Assembly (NCBI GenBank): GCA_963779415.1
Contig: CAVZYA010000001.1
Location: 960,001 to 1,024,000, forward strand
Origin: an uncultured Acidobacteriota bacterium
Lineage (GTDB): Bacteria; Acidobacteriota; Thermoanaerobaculia; UBA5066
Direction of reading: 5' to 3'
Length of the DNA: 64,000 nt
The stretch's first letter is position 1. Each line of letters starts with the position of its first letter. Below the pieces are notes generated by a model, which was not told the origin of the DNA, ran no database searches, and worked only from the letters and a program-made list of their open reading frames with translations. Of this stretch, positions 20,022 to 31,019 are shown in pieces. Made by a program: the position numbers and the translations under genes.

Positions 20022-21155
20022 ATGTCGAGGACTCTCTCCCGGCGCTCTTTCGCCGGAACGCTCGGCCTGGCCGCCGGCGCCGCGTTGATCGACTCACCGT
20101 TCGGACGTGTCGCTGACGCAGCCAGCCGGGCGCCGAGGCCCGCGGGCGCCATCCTCCTGAACTCGAACGAGAACCCTTACGGCCCGTCGCCGAAAGCGGT
20201 CGGCGCCTATGTGCAGGCGGGGAGCATGGCGAACCGCTACCCCGACGCCCTCGAGGACGAGGTGCGCGGGGCGCTCGCGAGGCACCACGGCCTGGGAGAG
20301 GATCAGGTCGTCCTCGGCTGCGGCTCCTCTCAGATCCTCCAGATGGCGGACGAGGCGTTCGCAGGGCCGGATCGCCGCGTCGTCGCCGCCGAGCCGACCT
20401 TCGAGGCCGTCCTTCGCTATGCGAAGGCGATCCGGGCGGAGGGGATCACGGTGCCGCTGACGAGAGACTTCCGGCACGATCTGCCGAAAATGGCCGCGGC
20501 CGCAGCGGGAGGGGCCGGCCTGGTCTACGTCTGCAATCCGAACAATCCGACGGGGACGATCGTCACGGGGGACGAGCTCGCTGCATTCGTCGCGGCCGTG
20601 CCGCCGACCGTCATGATCCTCGTGGACGAGGCGTACCACCACTTCGTCGAGGACCCGCGCTACCGGAGCGCCGCGGAGATCATCGGGAAGGCCCCGAACG
20701 TCGTCGTGGCCCGGACCTTCTCGAAGATCTACGGAATGGCGGGCCTGAGGCTCGGCTACGCCGTCGGATCGAAGGAAAGAATCGCCGAGCTGGCGAAGTT
20801 CGCCTCCTTCTCCAACGCAAATGCCGGCGTTCTCGCGGCCGCCCTCGCGAGCCTCGCCGACCCGGACCTCGTCCCCCGGCAGCGGAAGGTGATGAACGAC
20901 ACCCGCCGCGGACTCGTGGCCGAGATGGAGAAGCAGGGGCGAAGGACGATCCCGTCGGAGGCGAACTTCGTGATGATCGACGTCGGGGGCGACGTCGCAC
21001 CCGTCATCGCGGCTTTCCGGAAAAGGAACATCCTCGTCGGCCGGAAGTTCGCGTCGCTCCCGAACTGGCTCCGGATCACGATCGGGACACCCGACGAGAT
21101 GCGGGCTTTTTCGGCCGCTCTCGCCGAGATCGTGCCGGCGAAGGTGGCGGCCTGA
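20022..21155 (+). CDS. HisC-family PLP aminotransferase with Tat signal peptide
   Basis: NSNENPYGP, NPNNPTG, DEAY, RTFSKIYGMAGLRLGY. N-terminal SRRSF plus hydrophobic stretch and ADA. RBS GGAGG. Confidence 0.85.
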   Translation: MSRTLSRRSFAGTLGLAAGAALIDSPFGRVADAASRAPRPAGAILLNSNENPYGPSPKAVGAYVQAGSMANRYPDALEDEVRGALARHHGLGEDQVVLGCGSSQILQMADEAFAGPDRRVVAAEPTFEAVLRYAKAIRAEGITVPLTRDFRHDLPKMAAAAAGGAGLVYVCNPNNPTGTIVTGDELAAFVAAVPPTVMILVDEAYHHFVEDPRYRSAAEIIGKAPNVVVARTFSKIYGMAGLRLGYAVGSKERIAELAKFASFSNANAGVLAAALASLADPDLVPRQRKVMNDTRRGLVAEMEKQGRRTIPSEANFVMIDVGGDVAPVIAAFRKRNILVGRKFASLPNWLRITIGTPDEMRAFSAALAEIVPAKVAA

Positions 21156-21169
21156 CGCGCCGCCCTTCC

Positions 21170-22363
21170 ATGAGCCCGTCCCTCCTCGTCCTGAACGCCG
21201 GATCGTCGTCGATCAAGTTCGCCGTCTACCGGACCGAAGGCGGGACGCCCGAGCGGCTCGTCGGGGGGAAGCTCGACGGGATCGGCGTCCGGCCGGAGTT
21301 CTCGGCGAAGGGAGCGTCCGGCGAGACGCTGGAACAGCGATCGTTCTCCGCCGAAGAAATCCCGGATCACGGAGAAGCCCTCGTTCCGGTCGACGAATTC
21401 CTTCGCAGACGACTTCCCGGGGAGAGGCCCGCGGCGGTCGGCCACCGGGTCGTCCACGGAGGCTCGCGCTTTCTGGCGCCCACCCGCGTGGACGAAGCGA
21501 CGCTTGCCGAGCTGGAAACGCTCGTTTCCATCGATCCGCTTCACCAGCTTCCCAGCCTGACCGCTCTCAAGGCCGCCCGGGCCCGGTACCCCGGCGCGAC
21601 CCACGTCGCCTGCTTCGACACGGCGTTCCACCGGAGCCACCCGGAGATCGCCGACACCCTCGCGCTCCCCCGGGCGCTCCGGGAGGCGGGCCTCCGCCGT
21701 TACGGCTTCCACGGCCTCTCGTACGAGTACATCGCCGGTCGGCTCCGCGAGATCGACCCCGCGGCGGCCCGTGGTCGGGTCGTCGTCGCGCATCTCGGAA
21801 ACGGCGCGAGCCTCTGCGCTCTCGAGGACGGGCGGAGCGTCGACTCGACGATGACCTTCACGGCCCTCGACGGTCTCGTCATGGGGACGCGGCCGGGCGC
21901 CCTCGACGCCGGGGCCGTCCTCTGGCTTCTGGGCCGCGGATGGGACCGGGAGCGCCTGACGCGCCTTCTCTGGCACGAGTCGGGCCTTCTCGCCCTCTCG
22001 GAGACGAGCCCGGACCTTCGGGACCTGCTCGGAAGCGAGGCTCCCTCCGCGCGCCTCGCAGTCGGTGTCTTCGTCTACGCGGCCGTCAAGCAGGCGGCGG
22101 GGATGGCGGCCGCCCTCGGCGGCCTCGACGCGCTCGTTTTCACGGCCGGAATCGGCGAGAACCAGCCGGAGACCCGGTCGCGGATCTCGGCCGGACTCCG
22201 GTTCCTCGGGGTCGAGCTGGACGAGGAGGCGAACCGGCGCGGAGATGTCCGGATCTCGAAGGAGGGAGCGTCCGTCTCGACGTACGTCATCCCGACCGAC
22301 GAGGAGAGCGTCATCGCCCGTCATACGCTCCTCCTGTCGTCGCGACCGTCTTTTCCTTCCTGA
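21170..22363 (+). CDS. ackA: Acetate/propionate kinase
   Basis: VLNAGSSSIKF, GHRVVHGG, RRYGFHGLSY, HLGNGAS, FTAGIGEN, PTDEE. Confidence 0.93.
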   Translation: MSPSLLVLNAGSSSIKFAVYRTEGGTPERLVGGKLDGIGVRPEFSAKGASGETLEQRSFSAEEIPDHGEALVPVDEFLRRRLPGERPAAVGHRVVHGGSRFLAPTRVDEATLAELETLVSIDPLHQLPSLTALKAARARYPGATHVACFDTAFHRSHPEIADTLALPRALREAGLRRYGFHGLSYEYIAGRLREIDPAAARGRVVVAHLGNGASLCALEDGRSVDSTMTFTALDGLVMGTRPGALDAGAVLWLLGRGWDRERLTRLLWHESGLLALSETSPDLRDLLGSEAPSARLAVGVFVYAAVKQAAGMAAALGGLDALVFTAGIGENQPETRSRISAGLRFLGVELDEEANRRGDVRISKEGASVSTYVIPTDEESVIARHTLLLSSRPSFPS

Positions 22364-22405
22364 ACCGTCCGGACCTACGATCCTGTTCCGGAAAGGGAGG
22401 CCCCC

Positions 22406-24874
22406 ATGCCGAAGACGTCCGGACCGAAGGCTACCGTTCCCAAGCCCGCCCCCTCGAGGAACCCGCGCGGCCCTCTCTCGCGGGACGAGGTTCGCCGGAT
22501 CCACGGCTACTGGCGCGCCGCGAACTACCTGTCGGTCGGGCAGATCTATCTCTACGACAACCCGCTCCTGAAGAAGCCGCTCTCCCTCGAGCACGTGAAG
22601 CCGCGCCTGCTCGGGCACTGGGGAACGACGCCCGGGCTCAACTTCACCTACGCGCACCTCAACCGCGTCATCAAGCTCCGCGACCTCGACATGATCTACG
22701 TCATCGGGCCGGGGCACGGCGGGCCGGCCCTCGTGGCGAACGCGTACCTCGAAGGGACGTACAGCGAGGTCTACCCGCAGATCGGCCGGGACGAGGAGGG
22801 GCTGAAGCGCCTCTTTACGCAGTTCTCGTTCCCGGGGGGGATTCCGAGCCACGTCGCACCCGAGACGCCCGGCTCCATCCACGAAGGGGGCGAGCTGGGC
22901 TATGCCCTGTCGCACGCCTACGGAGCCGCCTTCGACAACCCCGGACTGATCGTGGCCTGCATCGTCGGGGACGGCGAGGCGGAGACCGGGCCGCTCGCCA
23001 CGAGCTGGCACTCGAACAAGTTCCTCGACCCGGTGGGCGACGGGGCGGTCCTCCCGATCCTGCACCTCAACGGCTACAAGATCGCGAACCCCTGCGTCCT
23101 GGCCCGCATCCCCCGCGAGGAGCTGGAGCAGCTCTTCCGCGGCTACGGCTACGACCCCGCCTTCGTCGAGGGGGAGGAGCCGGAGGCGATGCACCAGCTC
23201 ATGGCCGCCGCCCTCGACGACGCGATCGAGAAGATCCATGGCATCCAGAGAGCCGCCCGCAAGGAGGGACGGGCAGAGAGGCCTCGCTGGCCGATGATCG
23301 TCCTTCGCTCTCCCAAGGGGTGGACGGGGCCGAAGGAAGTCGACGGGAAGAAGACCGAGGGGTCGTGGCGCTCGCACCAGGTGCCGATGGGCGACATGGC
23401 GAAGCCGGGACACGTGAAGATCCTCGAGAACTGGCTCCGAAGCTACAGGCCGGAGGAGCTCTTCGACGCCAGCGGCGTTCTCGCTCCGGAGCTGGCCGCG
23501 CTTCCCCCCGGCGGGACACGCCGCATGAGCGCCAACCCGCACGCCAACGGCGGCCTCCTCCTCCGGGATCTCCGGATGCCCGACTTCCGCGACTACGCCG
23601 TCGAAGTGCCGAAGCCGGGGGCGACGGACGCCGAGGCGACGCGGGTCATGGGCGCCTTCCTCCGCGACGTGATGAAGCAGAATCTCGATTCGCGGAATCT
23701 CCGCCTCTTCAGCCCGGACGAGAACAACTCGAACCGGTGGGGGGACGTCCTTTCGGTCACGAACCGCGCCTGGGTCGCCGAGACGCTGCCCGACGACGAC
23801 CACCTCGCCCGCGGCGGGCGCGTCATGGAGATGCTGTCGGAGCACCAGTGCCAGGGGTGGCTGGAGGGATACCTCCTGACGGGACGCCACGGCTTCTTCT
23901 CGTGCTACGAGGCCTTCATCCACATCATCGACTCGATGTTCAACCAGCACGCCAAGTGGCTGAAGGTCTGCAACGATATTCCGTGGCGGAGGCCGATCGC
24001 CTCGCTGAACTACCTACTGAGCTCGCACGTCTGGCGGCAGGACCACAACGGCTTCTCGCACCAGGACCCGGGCTTCATCGACCACGTGGTGAACAAGAAG
24101 GCTGGGATCGTCCGCGTCTATCTCCCCCCGGACGCCAACTGCCTCCTCAGCGTGACCGACCACTGTCTCAGGAGCCGCAACTACATCAACGTGGTCGTGG
24201 CTGGCAAGCAGCCCGCCCCGCAGTGGCTCACGATGGACCAGGCCATCAAGCACTGCACGGCCGGTATCGGGATCTGGGACTGGGCGAGCAACGATCGGGA
24301 CGGCGAACCGGACGTCGTCATGGCCTGCGCGGGAGACGTCCCGACGCTCGAGACGCTCGCGGCGGTGTCGATTCTCCGCAAGCACGTCCCGGCCCTCCGG
24401 ATCCGCGTGATCAACGTCGTGAACCTGATGAAGCTGCAGCCGCAGAGCGAGCATCCGCACGGGCTCTCCGACCCGGACTTCGACGCCCTCTTCACCAGGG
24501 ACAAGCCGATCGTCTTCGCCTTCCACGGCTACCCGTGGCTCATCCACCGCCTCACCTACCGCCGGACGAACCACGCGAACCTGCACGTCCGCGGCTACAA
24601 GGAGGAGGGGACGACGACGACGCCGTTCGACATGGCGGTGCTGAACGAGATGGACCGCTTCCATCTCGCCCAGGACGTCATCGACCGGCTGCCGCAGCTC
24701 GGCTCGCGGAGGGCCTACGCCAAGCAGGCCATCCGCGACCGGCTCCTCGACCACAAGAACTACATCGGCCGCTTCGGCGACGACATGCCCGGGATCCACG
24801 ACTGGAGGTGGGGCGCCGACGCTCCCGCCGCCCCGCACCGCGGCCGGCCGGACACCTCAGCGGACAACGTCTGA
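22406..24874 (+). CDS. xfp: Phosphoketolase (xylulose-5-P/fructose-6-P)
   Basis: [39 protein letters not shown]. Confidence 0.96.
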   Translation: MPKTSGPKATVPKPAPSRNPRGPLSRDEVRRIHGYWRAANYLSVGQIYLYDNPLLKKPLSLEHVKPRLLGHWGTTPGLNFTYAHLNRVIKLRDLDMIYVIGPGHGGPALVANAYLEGTYSEVYPQIGRDEEGLKRLFTQFSFPGGIPSHVAPETPGSIHEGGELGYALSHAYGAAFDNPGLIVACIVGDGEAETGPLATSWHSNKFLDPVGDGAVLPILHLNGYKIANPCVLARIPREELEQLFRGYGYDPAFVEGEEPEAMHQLMAAALDDAIEKIHGIQRAARKEGRAERPRWPMIVLRSPKGWTGPKEVDGKKTEGSWRSHQVPMGDMAKPGHVKILENWLRSYRPEELFDASGVLAPELAALPPGGTRRMSANPHANGGLLLRDLRMPDFRDYAVEVPKPGATDAEATRVMGAFLRDVMKQNLDSRNLRLFSPDENNSNRWGDVLSVTNRAWVAETLPDDDHLARGGRVMEMLSEHQCQGWLEGYLLTGRHGFFSCYEAFIHIIDSMFNQHAKWLKVCNDIPWRRPIASLNYLLSSHVWRQDHNGFSHQDPGFIDHVVNKKAGIVRVYLPPDANCLLSVTDHCLRSRNYINVVVAGKQPAPQWLTMDQAIKHCTAGIGIWDWASNDRDGEPDVVMACAGDVPTLETLAAVSILRKHVPALRIRVINVVNLMKLQPQSEHPHGLSDPDFDALFTRDKPIVFAFHGYPWLIHRLTYRRTNHANLHVRGYKEEGTTTTPFDMAVLNEMDRFHLAQDVIDRLPQLGSRRAYAKQAIRDRLLDHKNYIGRFGDDMPGIHDWRWGADAPAAPHRGRPDTSADNV

Positions 24875-24938
24875 AGGGCGCACTCCCCAAAGAGCAGCGC
24901 GCGGGCCTCCGTCGGCGGGTATCGCCGGGACCGTCCGT

Positions 24939-25394
24939 TCACTCCTCATGGCCTCCGGGATCCTTGCTTCGGTCCTCCGGCGTCTTGCCATAGTTCCCGC
25001 AGAGGTACTGAATGCCGACCATCATGACCGCCTCCCACGCCTTTCCGACCTCGGGGTCGTACTCCGGGTCGCACTCCCGCACGGTCACGAGGAGGCTGTC
25101 GAGCCAGAGGTCGTAGAGTTCGGCGCCGATGTCGAGCTGCCCGGCGCCGTGCTGGGCGGCGATGTCGGCGAGATACGGGTCCGGGCCGCGCGCCTCGTCC
25201 TCAGCGGCGAGGACGAGATGGTGGAACGAGGCCCGAAGGGCCCGCTTCTGCCGGACGAAGTTCGTCCCTTTGAACTTCTCCCCGACAACGGGCGAGGAGG
25301 CGAGGAACTTCTCGTAGAAGAGATCGAGGAAGCCCGGCCGGGCCTCGCAGCGCCGGAGGCTCTCCTCGAAGACGTCCAGCGTATGGGAATCCAT
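24939..25394 (-). CDS. Single-domain globin
   Basis: FYEKFLASSP...F..T.F.RQK, proximal H (AQHG), YDLWLDSLL...AW globin pattern. Confidence 0.8.
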   Translation of the reverse strand: MDSHTLDVFEESLRRCEARPGFLDLFYEKFLASSPVVGEKFKGTNFVRQKRALRASFHHLVLAAEDEARGPDPYLADIAAQHGAGQLDIGAELYDLWLDSLLVTVRECDPEYDPEVGKAWEAVMMVGIQYLCGNYGKTPEDRSKDPGGHEE

Positions 25395-25408
25395 CTTTCC
25401 GGGCGGGG

Positions 25409-25414
25409 ATTATA
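25409..25414 (-). promoter_or_regulatory. Putative -10 box (TATAAT) of the globin gene
   Basis: Exact TATAAT on the minus strand 14 nt upstream of ATG, in a GC-rich background. Confidence 0.5.
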
Positions 25415-25424
25415 AGACCGGGTC

Positions 25425-25976
25425 TCAGGAACGGGCCGGAAGCCCCCCCAGCATCGAACGGACGGCTCTTTGGATCTTCTCCTGGTCCGGCTCGCCGTGC
25501 AGGCCGATCACGCCGGAAGCGACCCCGCGATAGAGGACCGTCTTGCTCTTCGCGCTCACGACGTCGACGACGACGGTGCCGGTCCTGTAGTCCTGCGAGT
25601 AGCCGTAGACGCCCGTCCCCCACCAGGGCCCCCAGATCTCCCAGCCGCTGGTGGAGTAGCCCCAGCGCACCGCGTCCACCTGGCCCGTCTGGCTGACGAA
25701 GACGGCGACGAGAAGATCGGCCGACTCCTTCGGGGCCGCGACGTATCCCTTCCCGGCCATGGCCCTGCCGACTTCGGGGGCCACGCGGTTCTCGATGAAG
25801 TCGACCCCCGCTTCGGTCCTCTCGCCGACGCCTTTCGGCGCGGCGAGGATCGTGTACGAGGAGAACCCGGACATCGAGACGCCCGGCCCGAGTTTTCCGT
25901 CGACCTTGGGACCCGTGGAGCAGGCGGCGACGAGGAGCGCGGCGACGAGGACCGCGAATCGGCGAAGTGAACTCAT
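25425..25976 (-). CDS. DUF4136-like lipoprotein
   Basis: Lipobox VAAC, G/W/Y-rich middle, YRTGTVVVDVV...YRGVA pattern. Confidence 0.7.
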   Translation of the reverse strand: MSSLRRFAVLVAALLVAACSTGPKVDGKLGPGVSMSGFSSYTILAAPKGVGERTEAGVDFIENRVAPEVGRAMAGKGYVAAPKESADLLVAVFVSQTGQVDAVRWGYSTSGWEIWGPWWGTGVYGYSQDYRTGTVVVDVVSAKSKTVLYRGVASGVIGLHGEPDQEKIQRAVRSMLGGLPARS

Positions 25977-26003
25977 GGGCGGATCGTCTCACGAGCTCCG
26001 GCG

Positions 26004-29000
26004 TCAGCCGCGTCCCGGATCCCAGTCGCCGTCCTCGTCGTCCTCCTCGGCCTTCGGGGCGGGACGCGGCTTCTCCGGCTCCTTGACGATCATCAGCGGC
26101 GGGAAGCCCTTCGTGCGAACCGTGTCGTTGAAGGCCGGGATCGTCTTCGCATAGAGCTCCTCGAAGTCGCGGCGGACCTCCGCGAGCTGCCCCGAGAGGA
26201 GCCGGTAGACCTCCAGCTCGGCAGCCGTCGGCGCGAAGTCCGCGTTGCCCGAGACGTCGCCGCCGCCGGTCCCGGACTCGGCCTGCAGCCAGACGAGCTT
26301 CAGGTAGAGCTGCAGGGGGCCGCGAAACGACTTGACGTCGGCCTCGGCCAGCGTCGGCTGGAGAAGCCGGTCCTCGACGGAGCGGATCTTCGTCTCGACC
26401 TCGTCCACGGCCGCCACGTCCGCGGCCGCAGCCTCGGAGGCCTTCATCATCTTCCGGATCGCTTCGATCTGCTTCCGGCTCCACTCGATCCGGTTGATCA
26501 TCCCCGCCGCGGCGTTGATGTCGTCGTAGAGCGAGAGCGAGAGCGTCGAAGCCGCCGCGATGTCCGCCGGCGTCCCTGCCGAATTCGGGTCCTTCCGCAC
26601 CTCGACCGTCCGCGACAGCTCCTTCCCCTCCACGGAGAGCTTCACCGTGTAGGTTCCGGGTGGGACGAGCGGCCCCTTTCTCGGCGTCTCGATGCCGTAA
26701 TAGAAGATCCCCCGCGCCTCTTTCCCCCGGAACCGCTTCTCTTCCCAGACGTGCCGGTTCCCCGCGGGCGTCGTCCGGAGCCGCACGTCGAGCGTCGGCT
26801 CGTGACGGAGATCCCAGGTGACGCGGTTCATGCCCGCCTTGCCGGTCCCTTTCAGCGTCCGGATCGTCTTCCCCGCCGCGTCGAGGATCGTGACCTCGAT
26901 CTTCTTCCCGTCGGGCGGCTCCGTGACGTCCTCTTCGCCGGGCTTCTCCTCCGCCGCGACCTTCACCGGATCCTTCAGCCAGTAATTGAAGATCGCGCCA
27001 TAGGGCGGGTTCTTGCCCCGGGAGGTGCCTGACGGGGCGAGGTTCGGCTGCGAGACCGGCAGGAAGCGGTAGGCCGGCCGCGGCTCGAACAGGTGGACCG
27101 CGGAGCCGCGCACGGCATCCGTCAGCTGCTCGAGCGGCCCGACGTCATCCAGAATGTAGAAGCCGCGGCCGTAGGTACCGACGACGAGGTCGTGGAAGTG
27201 CTCCTGCACCGTCAGCCAGTAGACCGGCGCCTGCGGCATCTTTCCCTGAAGACTCTCCCAGCTCCCCCCGTCGTTGAACGAGACGTAGAGCGCGTTCTCG
27301 GTCCCGGCGTAGAGGAGCCCCCTGCGGAACGGGTCCTCCCGGACGACGTGGACGTAGCTGAGCGGGCTCTTCGGGATGTTCGACGCGATCGCCGTCCAGC
27401 TCTTCCCGTAGTCGGCCGTCCGGTAGATGTAGGGGTCGCGGCCGTCGACCTGGTGGAAGTCGACCGAGACGTAGCAGGTGCCCGCGTCGAAGCGCGAGGG
27501 CTCGACGCTTCCGACCGTCCCCTTCGGCGGAAGCCCCCGGATGTTCGGCGTGACGTTCGTCCAGCTCTTCCCGCCGTCCCGCGTCACCTGGACGAGGCCG
27601 TCGTTCGTTCCGGCCCAGATCAGCCCCTTTTCGATCGGCGACTCGGCGATCGAGAAGACGACGCCCGCGTACTCGACCGAGAGGTTGTCGACGGTGAGCC
27701 CTCCGGAGTCCCCCATCATCGACCGGTCGTTGAGCGTCAGGTCCGGGCTGATCGTCTTCCAGGTCTGGCCCCCGTCCGACGTCGCGTGGACGTACTGGCT
27801 TCCGACGTAGACCGTGTCGTGGTCGTGCGGAGAGATGGCGATCGGGAAGGTCCAGTTCATCCGGAGCTTGATCTCGCCCGCGCTCGCCCCCATCGTCCGC
27901 TCGGGCCAGACGCTGACGGTCCGCGTCTCGCCCGTCTTCGCGTCGAACCGCTCGACGACTCCGGCGTAGCAGCCCCCCCAGACGACGTCGGCGTTGACCG
28001 GATCGGGGGTGGCCCACCCGGTCTCGCAGCCGGCCGTGGAGGTCCAGAGCGCCGGCGGGATGCCGTATCCCCCCGGGTTGTTGCTCGGCCCGCGCATCGA
28101 GCCGTCGTCCTGCATCTGTCCATAGACGCGGTACGGGATCCGGTTGTCCGTCGTGACGTGATACATCTGCCCGATGGGCAGGCGGACGAAGCTCCACTGC
28201 CTCCCGCGGGTCGTCGAGATCTGAACGCCGCCGTCGTTGCCGATCATCATCCTCGAGGGGATCTTCGGGTCGGCCCAGATGTCGTGGTTGTCGCCTCCCC
28301 ATCCGATCTCCGTGGTCGTCTCGCCGCCGTCGAAGGTCGCCCCCATCCCGTTCGAGGGAAAGTAGACCTCCCGGTCGTTGTCGGGCATGACGAGCATCCG
28401 CGTGTAGTAGTGCGGGCGCTCGTTCAGGAGGCGGCTGTGGTTCACGAGCTTCCACTCCGCGCCGCCGTCGTTCGACCGCCAGAGCGACCCGCGCGCGCCC
28501 GTCTCGATCAGGGCGTAGACGCGCCGGGGATTCGACTCCGCGACCGCCACGGCGATCTTCCCGAGCGGCGGCTCCGGAAGGCCGTGCCCATTCAGCCGCT
28601 TCCACGTCGTCCCGCCGTCCCGCGAGACGAAGATCCCGCTGCCGGGCCCGCCGCTCTTTCGCCCCCACGTCTTGATGTCGACCTGCCACATCCCGGCGAA
28701 GAGGGTCCGGGGATTCGTCGGATCCATCGCGAGATCGGACGCTCCCGTGTTCTCGTCGACGAAGAGAACGCGTTCCCAGCTCTTCCCGCCGTCCGTGGTC
28801 CGGTAGACGCCCCGCTCGGGCTGCGGGCCGTAGCAGGTCCCGAGCGCGGCCGCGAAGACGACGTCGGAGTTCCGGGGGTCGATCACGACGCGGCCGATGC
28901 GCCCCGTCTTCTCGAGCCCCATCCGGGTCCAGCTCTTCCCCGCGTCGGTCGAACGGTAGATGCCGTTTCCGAGCGAGACGTCGCTCCGGATGAACGTCTC

Positions 29001-29378
29001 CCCCGTCCCGACCCAGACGACGTTCGGGTCCGACGGGGCGATCGCGATCGAGCCGATCGACTGCGCCGGCTGGTCGTCGAAGACCGGCATCCAGTGGACG
29101 CCTCCGTCCGTCGTCTTCCAGACGCCCCCGGAGGCGGCTCCGGCGTAGGCGACGTTGGGATCGCCCGGAACGCCCGCGACGGCGCTGACGCGGTTGCCGG
29201 GGGGGCCGATGAAACGGTACGCGAGCGCCGCGAACGGATCGGCTGCTTTCGCGGACGCCGTGTCCGGTTTCGACGGCTCGGTCGCGGCCGCCGCTCCCGT
29301 CGCAAGAGCCGCCGAGAGGATCAACGAAAACATCGCGGGGAGCGGACGGACGGCTTTCACTGTCTTTCTCACTTTCAT
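26004..29378 (-). CDS. Secreted VPS10/sortilin-like BNR-repeat protein (putative glycosyl hydrolase)
   Basis: Signal peptide and many Asp-box motifs (TTDGGVHW, STDAGKSW, SRDGGTTW, SFNDGGSW). Confidence 0.85.
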   Translation of the reverse strand: MKVRKTVKAVRPLPAMFSLILSAALATGAAAATEPSKPDTASAKAADPFAALAYRFIGPPGNRVSAVAGVPGDPNVAYAGAASGGVWKTTDGGVHWMPVFDDQPAQSIGSIAIAPSDPNVVWVGTGETFIRSDVSLGNGIYRSTDAGKSWTRMGLEKTGRIGRVVIDPRNSDVVFAAALGTCYGPQPERGVYRTTDGGKSWERVLFVDENTGASDLAMDPTNPRTLFAGMWQVDIKTWGRKSGGPGSGIFVSRDGGTTWKRLNGHGLPEPPLGKIAVAVAESNPRRVYALIETGARGSLWRSNDGGAEWKLVNHSRLLNERPHYYTRMLVMPDNDREVYFPSNGMGATFDGGETTTEIGWGGDNHDIWADPKIPSRMMIGNDGGVQISTTRGRQWSFVRLPIGQMYHVTTDNRIPYRVYGQMQDDGSMRGPSNNPGGYGIPPALWTSTAGCETGWATPDPVNADVVWGGCYAGVVERFDAKTGETRTVSVWPERTMGASAGEIKLRMNWTFPIAISPHDHDTVYVGSQYVHATSDGGQTWKTISPDLTLNDRSMMGDSGGLTVDNLSVEYAGVVFSIAESPIEKGLIWAGTNDGLVQVTRDGGKSWTNVTPNIRGLPPKGTVGSVEPSRFDAGTCYVSVDFHQVDGRDPYIYRTADYGKSWTAIASNIPKSPLSYVHVVREDPFRRGLLYAGTENALYVSFNDGGSWESLQGKMPQAPVYWLTVQEHFHDLVVGTYGRGFYILDDVGPLEQLTDAVRGSAVHLFEPRPAYRFLPVSQPNLAPSGTSRGKNPPYGAIFNYWLKDPVKVAAEEKPGEEDVTEPPDGKKIEVTILDAAGKTIRTLKGTGKAGMNRVTWDLRHEPTLDVRLRTTPAGNRHVWEEKRFRGKEARGIFYYGIETPRKGPLVPPGTYTVKLSVEGKELSRTVEVRKDPNSAGTPADIAAASTLSLSLYDDINAAAGMINRIEWSRKQIEAIRKMMKASEAAAADVAAVDEVETKIRSVEDRLLQPTLAEADVKSFRGPLQLYLKLVWLQAESGTGGGDVSGNADFAPTAAELEVYRLLSGQLAEVRRDFEELYAKTIPAFNDTVRTKGFPPLMIVKEPEKPRPAPKAEEDDEDGDWDPGRG

Positions 29379-29400
29379 GGAAATCCCCGGACGGCCGCGG

Positions 29401-30972
29401 TCACCGCTTCGACGTCCGGTCGATGAACTCCGCGACGTCGGCCTTGAACCGCGTCAGGGAGGAGTCCTGCACGTACATCATGTGGCCTGCCGGGTAGTAC
29501 TTCATCTCGACGTGTCCGCGAAGGTCCTTCGGCAGCTCGAGGTGAGAGACCATGTACTCGGTCGCGAGAAACGGCGTCGCGAGGTCGAAATACCCGTTCA
29601 GGACGAGGACGCGGAGGTCCGGGTTCGTCTTCATCGCGTGGGCGAGGTCGAGCCCGGTGTTCGGAAGGCCCGGCCAGGAGAACATCTGCGGCGCTCCGGG
29701 CGTCTTGTGCTTCGGGTCCCAGGATCTCGCGATCTCGAAGTTCGTGATCGTGTAGGTCTTCTCGGACGGGGCCTTCAGCTCGCCGGTGTAGTACTGGAGG
29801 AACGCCGCCGTGTACGCGTGCGTGATCGCGGCGCTCTGCGGGTCGTAGCCCGCATTCTCGGCGAGGGCGTCGAGAGTCGGCCCGGTGAACCGGGAGTCGA
29901 GCCGCCCGACGACGTCCTTGTGCGCCCGGAGCAACTCCTGCGTGAACTGCGCCTCCCGGACCCGGAGGTCCGCCTTGTCGAGGTAGTCCTCGGAGAGGCC
30001 GGTGTATTCGTGGAGCTTCTTGATGACCGCCGCCCGCTCGGCCGGGCCGAGCGCGTCCCCCTTCATCAGCGCCGAGGTGTAGGGACCGAGCGCGAAGGCA
30101 CGGACCTCGTCGAGAAACGGCTCCAGCTTCTCGGGACGGCTCGGGAGCAGCTTGTGGTACCACGCCGTCGCCGCGTACGTCGGGAGGAAGAGCGGGAAGG
30201 GACGGTCGTTTCCCGGACCGTTGAAAATCGCCTCGAGATCGAGGGCGACCGAGACGAGGATGACGCCGTTGAACGACATCCCGTACCGTGACTGGAGGGC
30301 CTCCACGACTCCCGCCGAGCGGGTCGTGCCGTAGCTCTCGCCGAGGAGGTACTTGGGCGAGTTCCAGCGCCCGTTCTCCGTCACCCACTGCCGGATGAAC
30401 CGCGCCACCGAGTCGATGTCGGGGTCGACGCCCCAGAAGTCCTTCTCCTTCGCCCCTCCCACGGCGCGCGAGATCCCGGTCCCGACAGGGTCGATCATGA
30501 CGATGTCCGTCTTGTCGAGAATGCTCGACGCGTTGTCGACGAGCCGGTACGGCGGAGGCGGCGTCGGCTCGGCGTCCGAGACGACGATCCGCTTCGGCCC
30601 GAGGGCGCCCATGTGGAGCCAGATCGAGGAGGAGCCCGGACCGCCGTTGTAGGCGAAGGTCACCGGGCGCCTCCCGGCGTCCGCCGAGTCCTTCCGGACG
30701 TAGGCAACGTACCCCATCGAGGCCCAGGGCTCGTCCTTCTCGTTCCGGACGATCAGGGTCCCCGCCGTTGCCGTGTACGCGACCGTGACTCCGCCGATGA
30801 CGGCGCTGTGCGACGACACGGACTTCTCCGCCCGGGGCGGCTCGGCCTTTTCGGCTCTTTCTGGCTTTTCGGACCTCTTCGGCGCCTCGGCGGCCGGACT
30901 CTCCTGGGCCCGCGCGGCGGCGGAGAGGAGCGGGATCAGGGCGGAGAGCAGGGAAACGGCGATTCGTCTCAC
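29401..30972 (-). CDS. Secreted S10-family serine carboxypeptidase
   Basis: GTG start at 30972 after AGGAGG, signal peptide, YNGGPGSSS, GESYG, D-LATP, AGHMMY. Confidence 0.88.
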   Translation of the reverse strand: MRRIAVSLLSALIPLLSAAARAQESPAAEAPKRSEKPERAEKAEPPRAEKSVSSHSAVIGGVTVAYTATAGTLIVRNEKDEPWASMGYVAYVRKDSADAGRRPVTFAYNGGPGSSSIWLHMGALGPKRIVVSDAEPTPPPPYRLVDNASSILDKTDIVMIDPVGTGISRAVGGAKEKDFWGVDPDIDSVARFIRQWVTENGRWNSPKYLLGESYGTTRSAGVVEALQSRYGMSFNGVILVSVALDLEAIFNGPGNDRPFPLFLPTYAATAWYHKLLPSRPEKLEPFLDEVRAFALGPYTSALMKGDALGPAERAAVIKKLHEYTGLSEDYLDKADLRVREAQFTQELLRAHKDVVGRLDSRFTGPTLDALAENAGYDPQSAAITHAYTAAFLQYYTGELKAPSEKTYTITNFEIARSWDPKHKTPGAPQMFSWPGLPNTGLDLAHAMKTNPDLRVLVLNGYFDLATPFLATEYMVSHLELPKDLRGHVEMKYYPAGHMMYVQDSSLTRFKADVAEFIDRTSKR

Positions 30973-31019
30973 GTTCTTCCTCCTTGGAGATGCGATTGTC
31001 CGGCAGGGTTGGGGTCTCG

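Noticed and set aside
21170-24874. ackA-xfp pair as a novel pathway
   Set aside because: This is a well-known phosphoketolase/acetate kinase arrangement.
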